Part shown: piece by piece, positions 17,448 through 25,387 of the stretch | Layout: each line of letters opens with the position of its first letter | Numbering within the stretch: the stretch's first letter is position 1 | Translations under genes and position numbers: made by a program | Source: Actinomycetota bacterium | GTDB lineage: Bacteria; Actinomycetota; Humimicrobiia; Humimicrobiales; Humimicrobiaceae | DNA: 26,583 bases | Assembly: GCA_003567835.1 (NCBI GenBank) | Contig: PWYO01000332.1 | Coordinates: 1-26,583 of the forward strand | Direction: 5' to 3' | The notes under the pieces: generated by a model | The model's input: only the letters and a program-made list of their open reading frames with translations | The model's database searches: none | Told to the model about the DNA's origin: nothing

Positions 17448-17500
17448 CATTGTTGTAAAAAGGTAGTGCAAGTTTTATGCGACACAACAATGGTTTTTTT
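17448..17500 (+). terminator. Long hairpin plus T7 tract downstream of tRNA-Ile
   Basis: CATTGTTGT (17448-17456) pairs with ACAACAATG (17484-17492), followed by GTTTTTTT. Confidence 0.5.
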
Positions 17501-17646
17501 CGAGGTTAGGAAATTAAGGCTTAGAGAAAAGACACTCCTCCATTTCTTTATGAACCCGGACAATGCATGATATTGAAGGGAAATTGTAGTTCTACTTTTA
17601 GAAGCCTCAAGGAAGCCTATCCAAGGAAATGTCAAAACATGAATGG

Positions 17647-17670
17647 GAAGGCTCGCCTTCTGCTTTTTTT
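17647..17670 (+). terminator. Intrinsic terminator
   Basis: GAAGG-CTCG-CCTTC followed by TGCTTTTTTT. Confidence 0.6.
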
Positions 17671-17968
17671 ATGTTGTGTTTTTAGATCTTGGTTATAAAA
17701 ATCTTTGGGTGCTGCGCATTGCTAAAATTCCTCCCCTGTTCACAAAAAGTACTGTCAATATGCTGTATGGGGTTGGAAATTACAGAAAATCATGGCGGCT
17801 TTAACAGATTGTCTGGTTTTGACAACCATGGAAAGGTCTGTTAGAAAAAATATTGACAACAATAATCAGGATCTGGGCTTGCTGCAAAAACCTGTTTGTC
17901 TTCTTTGATAAGCAAATTAAAATGTTTATTTCTAAGTGGTTTCTGGAGGATAAAAGATATCTTAGAAG

Positions 17969-17997
17969 TTGATTAAATCCACAATTATTGTTACTAT
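17969..17997 (+). promoter_or_regulatory. Sigma70-type promoter of tRNA-Ala(GGC)
   Basis: TTGATT-17 nt-TACTAT with extended TG, ending 9 nt before the tRNA. Confidence 0.55.
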
Positions 17998-18006
17998 TTC
18001 ACCCGT

Positions 18007-18081
18007 GGGGATGTAGTTCAGTGGGAGAACGCTTGTCTGGCAGACAAGAGGTCGGCGGTTCAAGTCCGCTCATCTCCACCA
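18007..18081 (+). tRNA. tRNA-Ala (GGC)
   Basis: Acceptor GGGGATG/CATCTCC with G3:U70, anticodon arm CTTGT-CTGGCAG-ACAAG, T loop TTCAAGT, CCA; 75 nt. Confidence 0.98.
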
Positions 18082-18099
18082 TAAATCTTTTTTTTATCC

Positions 18100-18128
18100 T
18101 GGACAAGGATTTTATTATCTGTTATATT
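18100..18128 (+). promoter_or_regulatory. Sigma70-type promoter of tRNA-Ala(TGC)
   Basis: TGGACA-17 nt-TATATT with extended TG. Confidence 0.55.
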
Positions 18129-18147
18129 CGTTTCTCGCACATTTTGT

Positions 18148-18223
18148 GGGGGTGTAGCTCAGTTGGGAGAGCGCCTGCCTTGCAAGCAGGAGGTCAGCGG
18201 TTCGACTCCGCTCATCTCCACCA
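18148..18223 (+). tRNA. tRNA-Ala (TGC)
   Basis: Acceptor GGGGGTG/CATCTCC with G3:U70, anticodon arm CCTGC-CTTGCAA-GCAGG, T loop TTCGACT, CCA; 76 nt. Confidence 0.98.
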
Positions 18224-18379
18224 ATTCTAATTTCCCAAACATGCTGCTGATACCATACATATAAATAGCCTGATGCAGAATTTGCAAATCAGGACATGAA
18301 TGGCACCCAAAGGCTTATGCAGCCAAAAAGGGTATGGCATAAACCAGAGTGAGGATAACCTGAATATAATGATGGGCGC

Positions 18380-19294
18380 CTATGGTTGTTCTACTGTAAT
18401 TCGTGTGGTTAATCTTTTGACTTCTTGTGGGTCAATTTTCCCTGGTATAGGGGTCAAAAGATTGGCGGACCCGCAGGCAATGGAGGTTTTTAATAATTCT
18501 GTTGCACCAAACTGCCCCATGATGCTATACAGCATCCCGGCGTCAACTGAATCGCCGGAACCTACAGCGGCCAACCCTTGAATGTGGGGCGGCTTTGCTG
18601 ACAGCAGATTGACCGGATCCCTGTACACAACCTCTTGGGAGCCCGAGGTGATCATGACCTTTTTGATACCCGCTTGGATATATTGTTCAACCATGCTCTG
18701 GGTGTTGCCGTCTTTGCTGATACTCAAGAGTTCTTCCCGGTTTATTTTCAAAAAATCCGGCTTAGCTGCTATGCCCAGCCTGAGGGGTTCACCGGAAGCA
18801 TCAAGGAGTACCTTGGCTCCTTTTTGGTGCACCATGGTTATGATGCGGCCATATATATCTGTCCCTATGTTCCGGGGCAGGCTTCCAGCCAGCACAAAAT
18901 AGTCCCCTTTTTGACATTTTCTGGCAATATTGTCCAATAGCCTATTGACTTCAGAGGCTCGCACAGTAGGGCCGAATTCATTGAATTCCACTACATTGCG
19001 CTCTTTTTTTTCGATGATTTTTACATTGATCCTGCTGTTTTTTTCAATGTTAGTAAGACAGCTTTGAATTCCCTCAGACTGGAGTTTGCGGCTTATGAAA
19101 TCTTTGACCTGGCCTCCGCAAAAGCCCAGAGCCCTGCTCTCCAACCCCAAGCACTGCAGGGCCCTGGATATATTGATGCCCTTTCCGCCCACTGAGAAAG
19201 CTTTGCATTGGGTCTGGTTGATCTGATCTTTTTGGATCCGGCTGGTTTCATAAACCAGATCCAAAGTGATATTTAAAGTAACCGTATAAATCAT
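18380..19294 (-). CDS. pfkB: 1-phosphofructokinase-family hexose-phosphate kinase (PfkB/FruK/LacC)
   Basis: MIYTVTLN, GGKGINISRAL, SRINVKI, AGSLP, LDASG, KINREEL, VGSGDS. Start placed at ATG 19294 behind GGAG (ATG 19312 is an alternative). Confidence 0.92.
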   Translation of the reverse strand: MIYTVTLNITLDLVYETSRIQKDQINQTQCKAFSVGGKGINISRALQCLGLESRALGFCGGQVKDFISRKLQSEGIQSCLTNIEKNSRINVKIIEKKERNVVEFNEFGPTVRASEVNRLLDNIARKCQKGDYFVLAGSLPRNIGTDIYGRIITMVHQKGAKVLLDASGEPLRLGIAAKPDFLKINREELLSISKDGNTQSMVEQYIQAGIKKVMITSGSQEVVYRDPVNLLSAKPPHIQGLAAVGSGDSVDAGMLYSIMGQFGATELLKTSIACGSANLLTPIPGKIDPQEVKRLTTRITVEQP

Positions 19295-19425
19295 ATTGGC
19301 TCCGGTTTCCATTTTATGCTAAATTGAAATTATAACAAGCTGAAAAACGGCTTAAAGCAAGCTGTGCTTCACGAAATCTTTTTTTGGTGATAGGATGAAT
19401 AAAAATACAGGAAGCGGGAGTCTAT

Positions 19426-19905
19426 ATGTCTCGATTTTGGCTCGAAACTTTTTTAGGCAGAATAGGTGACTACATTTTATTTTTCTTTCAGAACTATTAT
19501 TTCTATATCGTTGCATTGCTGGTGATATACGGAATATTTATGGCTGTCTCTTCTTATAACTTCAAGCGGATTGAAAGGAAGATTGATGAAGAAATAGTCA
19601 CCCAGGCCAAGCAGATTTTAGACCGCCATCCCGGTATAAGTTATGTATCTTTGGCTGAAGAAATCAATATACCCTGGGTAGAAATTGTATACCAGCGTTC
19701 CTTTTTTCCTTATGTTTCCCGGGAGGCAGATCTTTGGGTGCAGAGAACCCTGGCCAATACAGTCAGGAAGATGATTATGGAAAACAGCAATAAACTAAAG
19801 TCTGTCTTGGTCAGAAAAGGCATCTTTTTTGAAGAAGGGGATGAAGAGGCAAGAAGTAATTTATATCTTGACTATATCCACCGGATCACCAAAAGAAAAC
19901 CCTAA
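19426..19905 (+). CDS. Hypothetical protein with an N-terminal membrane anchor
   Basis: 159 aa, GGGAG RBS, hydrophobic segment at about aa 17-42, then charged soluble part; fills the gap between pfkB and gatC exactly. Confidence 0.8.
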   Translation: MSRFWLETFLGRIGDYILFFFQNYYFYIVALLVIYGIFMAVSSYNFKRIERKIDEEIVTQAKQILDRHPGISYVSLAEEINIPWVEIVYQRSFFPYVSREADLWVQRTLANTVRKMIMENSNKLKSVLVRKGIFFEEGDEEARSNLYLDYIHRITKRKP

Positions 19906-19910
19906 AAGCT

Positions 19911-21209
19911 TTATAAAAATAGGTCCAAAATCGGTCTGAGTATCTGCAGCAAGATCCAGAACAGGACATTGGAGCTGCCCAAACTGGAAGCCCGGCTGAA
20001 ACCTTCTGCCAGATCCAAATGATGATTTAAAAGGATATTGGTATAGATATCTGCCATATCTGTGGCAATCCACAACACAATGGGAATCAAAAGGGCCGCG
20101 GATAGTATGCTTCTGATTAAATCTCCCTTGGACAGAGACACTGCCCAGATGATAAAAAATGGTATAAAAACAAGGTCTGCTCTAGGGAGAATGGTATTTC
20201 CAGGCAAAATAGTAGCAATATACACGGTCAGGGGGACCATAATCACTGAAAGGCCAATGACTGCGGGATGCCCTGCCAAAAATAGAGGATCGAGGCCGAT
20301 ATATAGTTCTCTTTTGGTGATCCTTCTCTGCACAAATTGCTGAATATCTTCCAAAATGGGTTTCAGGCCTTTGGCCAAAAGGTGAAAAGCTCTGGGCATC
20401 ACGATCATAATGGTGGCCAGCTGCAAACCGGAACCAAAAGAATATAAGAGATCGGCCGCTGTATGGGTTAAGATGGTCCTGGATTTGGTCACCACACCTA
20501 TGATAAAGCCAAGTATGAATCCCATGACCATTGGTTCGGAAAAGAAACCCAGTTTGTATTGAATTTCTTCAGCAAAAAGATGAATTTTTCTGAATTTTGG
20601 TATTTTATTAAGCGCCAGGTTTACCAGCTGGGGTATGGGTGCAAGCGAAATGGTTTGAGACTGGGTAATGGAAATGCCTTCCAAGCCATAATACCGCTGC
20701 ATATAAGGGGCATAAATATCGGAAACAACCAAAGTGATCGCCGCAACCACCAGAGAGACAAGGATGCCCATCCACCTTATTTCAGTGATGGTATAGATTA
20801 CAGAACTTATCAATAGAAAAATCCAGTAATTCCAAATGTCGATATTGATGGTTCTGGTAAGCCTCAGCAGAAGCATGAAAATATTCAAACCGATGATTGC
20901 CAGCAGTGTTTCAACAAGCATGGGTGAGAGAAAGGCAATATCTTGGGAAAGCACCATACCCATGTCCATGACCTGAAAGTTTTTGTCAGAATACTGTATG
21001 ATGGTGGCAGTCAAAGGCTCAAAAAAGTTAATGAAGACAGTCAATATCAATGTAGTGAGCACAAGACCCAGGAAGACATAAACGCTGTTGAGCAGCGTTC
21101 TGTGGGGTTTCCTTCCGGTAATCAGGCCCAGGATCAACAACAGTGAAGGCAATAGTATCACCGGGCCTAAATCAATCATATATTCAAAAACGGTTTGGGC
21201 AGCTTGCAT
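19911..21209 (-). CDS. gatC: PTS galactitol-type IIC component homolog (GatC family), divergent
   Basis: DLGP..LLP, TRTINIDIWNYW, EGIS, EP...GF..G..IG, MPR, IGLDP...GHPAV, PGN..LP..DL follow GatC along its length. Confidence 0.88.
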   Translation of the reverse strand: MQAAQTVFEYMIDLGPVILLPSLLLILGLITGRKPHRTLLNSVYVFLGLVLTTLILTVFINFFEPLTATIIQYSDKNFQVMDMGMVLSQDIAFLSPMLVETLLAIIGLNIFMLLLRLTRTINIDIWNYWIFLLISSVIYTITEIRWMGILVSLVVAAITLVVSDIYAPYMQRYYGLEGISITQSQTISLAPIPQLVNLALNKIPKFRKIHLFAEEIQYKLGFFSEPMVMGFILGFIIGVVTKSRTILTHTAADLLYSFGSGLQLATIMIVMPRAFHLLAKGLKPILEDIQQFVQRRITKRELYIGLDPLFLAGHPAVIGLSVIMVPLTVYIATILPGNTILPRADLVFIPFFIIWAVSLSKGDLIRSILSAALLIPIVLWIATDMADIYTNILLNHHLDLAEGFSRASSLGSSNVLFWILLQILRPILDLFL

Positions 21210-21327
21210 ATTTGTTATTTTTCCCCCAATGGTAGATAAGGTTTAATATAGCAGAATTATCCATTTTATTTAATAGGCCGGTAGAAAATTCTGTCAGTAT
21301 CCAGGCAGGTGATTGTGAAATGTCTTG

Positions 21328-21966
21328 TTACTGGAATTTGTCCAAATCAATGCGCATTTCATATTCATCTGTATGGTAATCAAAACCAGCCACTGGGACT
21401 TTTGTGTCTCCAAGCAACGTAAAACCAAGTTTTTTATAAAACTGAAATGCCGTTTTGTTTTCATGCATGGTGGTAAGGTAGGTGCATTTGAAGCCAAGGA
21501 TTCTGAGCGTATTGATCATCATAGCTATGAACAAATAGCCCAGCTTGTTTTTTTGATAGGGGTCGGCTAGCCCCAGCGCGATGATGGGTTTTTTTTCAAG
21601 ATCTTCTACAAAAAAGTGCCCTATGACCGTCTCATTTACCCAGGCATTATAGGCCAGGATTTTCCTTTGCCAGCTTTTTTTTAGATGCATGGCTATATAT
21701 TTTTCAATCCTATAATCCATAGGAAAAATGCTAATGAAGTGTCTGCTTCTAAAAGTAAGTCCTTCATACCACTCTTTTATAGCCCACAGATCATGAATGG
21801 AAGCTGATTCGATGGAGAGATTGCCAAGGTTTTCCCATGCCGTATGCAGGTATAAATTCCAGGGATCTGCCCCTTCTATATGCAGTTGGCTGGCTTTTTG
21901 TTTAACCACTGGGTTTTCGGTAAGCAGATCTTTGAGTTTTTTGTCAAAATCTTTTACAGTTTTCAC
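21328..21966 (-). CDS. GNAT-family N-acetyltransferase
   Basis: C-terminal half has motif A-like LGLADPYQKNKLGY and N..AFQFYKKLGF; N-terminal half unrecognised. GTG start. Confidence 0.78.
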   Translation of the reverse strand: MKTVKDFDKKLKDLLTENPVVKQKASQLHIEGADPWNLYLHTAWENLGNLSIESASIHDLWAIKEWYEGLTFRSRHFISIFPMDYRIEKYIAMHLKKSWQRKILAYNAWVNETVIGHFFVEDLEKKPIIALGLADPYQKNKLGYLFIAMMINTLRILGFKCTYLTTMHENKTAFQFYKKLGFTLLGDTKVPVAGFDYHTDEYEMRIDLDKFQ

Positions 21967-22326
21967 AGTGTAAGCAAATACGATAACCTATTTTACAATT
22001 AGGGCAAAATGCTTTTCTTTTTGCTGAATCCTTGTTTCTATTTTGGCACAAGCAGCTGTTGCCGTAAAGCCAATCTTATGCCAATTTTCTAGCAGTATAT
22101 CATCAGCAGGAATAAATGTATATCCAGTTTTGCCTATGAAGCTGCTGATTTTTTATGGAAAATCCAATCAAAAAGGCTGCGCTGCAACATGCCTGTAGGC
22201 GGCTGCACCCTGGCAATCCGATGACACAGGCAGTTTTCTCATTGCAGCAATTCGTAAAAAGCAAATCTTGCATCAGTGATTCATTTTCAATTCTTTTTAA
22301 AACCTTTATAATAGACACAAATAAAA

Positions 22327-22950
22327 ATGAGTTTTAGTAAAATGGCCAAAAAAGAGAAGACTAATCAGGAAGTTTTGTTGTCGGTGTACGATGATTATTT
22401 CTGCCAGCTGGCAAAAAAGGATTTAAGCCAGGTGGTGAAAAATTCTGGTTCGGTTTTAAAGGACGGATGCATCGAAGTCGACTTTTATAACCAGAAGCAT
22501 AGGGTAGACATAGATCAGAAAATGATAAAAAAGAAGGACGGCCGAACTGCAGATCCTTACACCTCCTCTATGATCCTCCATTATTTGATCCATGCCAAGG
22601 GAACCCCCCGATCCGGGAAATGGATTCCGTACAGGGAGCTTCCCGACGGGCTTTTTTATGCCCAAACCATTGAAGGGGTTCTGGCGCCGCTGGTCCAAAC
22701 GTATGGCAGGAATCTGGAAGCCTTTTACAGCCAGGCTGAAAAATTGGGTGCAAGAAGTAGCAAGGAATTTGATTGCGGAGTGGTTATCCACAGTTTTAAA
22801 AAGGTACCCCTGCTGCTGATTATGTATCCAGCTGATGAAGAATTTGATGCTGAAGCAAATATTTTGTTTGACAGCAGTATATCCGATTACCTGAAAACCG
22901 ATATCGTAAAGCTGATTACGGTCTATACGGTACAACTTTTCTTAAAATAA
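22327..22950 (+). CDS. DUF3786 domain-containing protein
   Basis: ILHYL...G....GKWIPYRELPDG.FY, F.KVPL.....PADEEFDAEANILFDSS pattern. Confidence 0.82.
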   Translation: MSFSKMAKKEKTNQEVLLSVYDDYFCQLAKKDLSQVVKNSGSVLKDGCIEVDFYNQKHRVDIDQKMIKKKDGRTADPYTSSMILHYLIHAKGTPRSGKWIPYRELPDGLFYAQTIEGVLAPLVQTYGRNLEAFYSQAEKLGARSSKEFDCGVVIHSFKKVPLLLIMYPADEEFDAEANILFDSSISDYLKTDIVKLITVYTVQLFLK

Positions 22951-24332
22951 GTTTTGAATCTGGGGCCAAGTTTATCCCAAACGGCGCATAGGTTATAACT
23001 GCAAAGAAGAATCAATGGATTTTACAGCCTTACGCTCAGCAAACAACTTCGATGATGCCGCCTAAGCGAAAAACCCGCATTGTTTTAAACCTTGGGCGGT
23101 GATGCGTTTGGCTCTTCCAAAAAGGGGTCCCATTGACAGATCCTAAAAAATAGTCTAGTACCCAAATGACCCAAACGGGCTGGTCAGCCTTGTTTTGATA
23201 GCGAGCATTTATGCTATAGGCATGCAGATTTTTAAAAAATGGATCTTTTAGACCATATCCGTTCCCTGCCCCAGCCTGCAGAGAACCTTTGGCGGTCCGC
23301 TTGTATGTTGCATCAGCAGCTACGGTTAAAAAGTACGGCCCAAAGCCGGTCAGATGCTGGAAGCGGTAGGAAGGTCCGGTGGTTTCACTAGCATTCATTC
23401 CGCCTGCATAGTAATGGATTTACCCAGCACCGAAAAAGGCAGGTGATGTGAAATCCATACCTCCCTTGGCAAGCATTTGTCAAATGGCTGAATCAAAACG
23501 CGTATCTGGGTTTAGGATCTAATTCAAGTTGTAAGGGGAAGCCCAAGGCGCAACCATAAAAAATGGTTCTGCTAAAGCCGTATATTTTCTATTAGAAAAG
23601 GTAACTATGAAAATTCCTGCAGTATCTGAAATAAGTTGTTTTCATATCCCAAGAACTATGCTATATTGAACACAAAGTAAATGGGTAACAAATGCACCAT
23701 TGTGTCATATGATGGATCGAAAAAAACAGACATGGATATCCAAAACCGCCCGTCTTCCTTTCCAAGGCAGCCTAACCGGGTCAAAAATAGCAGCCCCGAG
23801 AGGCATACCCTGGACCAAAGTACGTATGCATTTCATTGCAGCCGGAAAACAAGCAATTGAAACCAGTAATGATAATTTTTTTCAGTTATATTTGGGGACG
23901 GACCTTCGCATTGGGCGTGGTCCTCTTATAGAAAATGGTTGATGATATTGTATGTAAAAGTCAATAGGAGAAACAATAGACTACAGTGGCCTGGCTGAAT
24001 GGTCAGAAGCATTGCGTTCAGGCTAGAAATTTGCCTGGATATTGGCAGGGCCAACCGTTCATACAGGCCTGGTGTAGACTTTGTTAAAGGGCCGAAACTG
24101 TCAATACATAGAGCTTTGCTTCTGAAAATACCTGGCGGTTTTTAGGGAAGTCAAAGCTTGCATTGATTGATATGCAGGGCAAAAGAGTTTTACCGGATAG
24201 GAACCATAAATGAAAATAGTACGGTTATAGAATTTAAAACCAACCACAGCTGTAATTACCCATGGGTTATAAGGAATATGACCGATATATTGGTAATGAT
24301 GGACAAACAGCAAAAAATGTTAGGGAGTTGAA

Positions 24333-25370
24333 ATGGCAAAAAGCAAGCAATTGGCAAATAAGCAGAAAATAGACGGATACCAAATAGAGGACGGTTTTAG
24401 CCAGCTGGAAGGTAAGAAAAAGATTGAGATGCTAAAAAAGATGTACCAGATCCGTTATTTTGAGGAACAAACGGAGCAATTTATCATCAGAGGCATGATC
24501 CATGGCACTTGCCATCTCTATACAGGACAGGAGGCTTCGGCAGTAGGGGCTGTTTATGCAATAGGCGGTGACGACTATATTACTTCTACGCATAGAGGCC
24601 ATGGACACTGCATCTCCAAAGGGGCAGATCTTAAGCGGATGATGGCTGAGCTCTTGGGCAAAAAAACCGGATACTGCAAGGGTAAAGGCGGCTCTATGCA
24701 TATAGCAGATATTGAAAGCGGAAACCTGGGTGCAAACGGTATCGTAGGGGGCGGTCTGGGCATAGCAACTGGAGCAGGTCTAACCTGCAAGATGAAATAT
24801 GCCAATGAAAAGATGGTGCTCTGTTTTTTTGGTGATGGTGCAGCCAACCAGGGTATTTTTCACGAATCGGTTAATATGGCTTCTATTTGGGGCTTGCCGG
24901 TTATTTACTTCTGTGAAAACAATATTTACGGTATGTCTACCCCCACCGATGATGCTTTCAATATTGACAAAATTTCAGACCGCAAGCTGGCTTACGGTAT
25001 AGAGGGCCTTACCATTGACGGCAATGATGTGGCACAAGTCTATAATACAGTCGCCCATTTTGCCCAGGCTTGCAGAAAAGGAAAAGGGCCGGTACTTATT
25101 GAAGCCCAAACTTACCGGTGGAAGGGCCATTCCAAAAGTGACGCCCAGGTCTACCGAAGCAAAAAAGAGGTAAAGGAATGGATGCAAAAAGACCCCATTA
25201 AGCGGTATGCCCAAAAGCTTGTCAAAGAGGATGTTATGGGCGAGGCAGAGGTTTCCCAACTGGAAGAAGAGGTGGGCAATACAATAGCGGAAGCAGTCGA
25301 TTTTGCCAAGGAAAGCGCTTTTCCTTCACCGTCAGAAGTAGAAGACGATGTGTATTTTGTCAAACAATAA
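24333..25370 (+). CDS. acoA: TPP-dependent acetoin/2-oxoacid dehydrogenase E1 alpha subunit
   Basis: HLYTGQEA, THRGHGH, GKGGSMH, TPP-binding FFGDGAANQG...ENN, YRWKGHS..D. Confidence 0.93.
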   Translation: MAKSKQLANKQKIDGYQIEDGFSQLEGKKKIEMLKKMYQIRYFEEQTEQFIIRGMIHGTCHLYTGQEASAVGAVYAIGGDDYITSTHRGHGHCISKGADLKRMMAELLGKKTGYCKGKGGSMHIADIESGNLGANGIVGGGLGIATGAGLTCKMKYANEKMVLCFFGDGAANQGIFHESVNMASIWGLPVIYFCENNIYGMSTPTDDAFNIDKISDRKLAYGIEGLTIDGNDVAQVYNTVAHFAQACRKGKGPVLIEAQTYRWKGHSKSDAQVYRSKKEVKEWMQKDPIKRYAQKLVKEDVMGEAEVSQLEEEVGNTIAEAVDFAKESAFPSPSEVEDDVYFVKQ

Positions 25371-25387
25371 GGGAGATATACAGTAAA

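Noticed and set aside
18065-18223. 17-nt direct repeat TCCGCTCATCTCCACCA as a possible att site
   Set aside because: Both copies are the 3' ends of complete tRNA-Ala genes; isoacceptor similarity explains it.
22784-22792. Perfect DnaA box TTATCCACA
   Set aside because: Single copy inside the DUF3786 coding sequence, no cluster; not evidence of oriC.
22990-23070. tmRNA-like look (ATAACT-GCA... and GCCGCCTAAGCG)
   Set aside because: The resume-like site and the AA-stop are in different frames, and no tRNA-like 5' GGGG...TTCGAC or 3' T-arm/CCA end is present.
23340-23390. Resemblance to RNase P (AGGAAGGTCCGG) or SRP RNA motifs
   Set aside because: Only a partial match; the downstream conserved RNase P elements and the SRP GGAAGCAGC motif are absent.
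23036-23398. 120-aa minus-strand ORF as a real gene
   Set aside because: No recognisable motif or properly spaced RBS; left uncalled and covered under the dark-region finding.
23574-23610. AGCCGTAT as a group II intron domain V start
   Set aside because: No complementary ACGG closing strand, no domain VI and no RT ORF.
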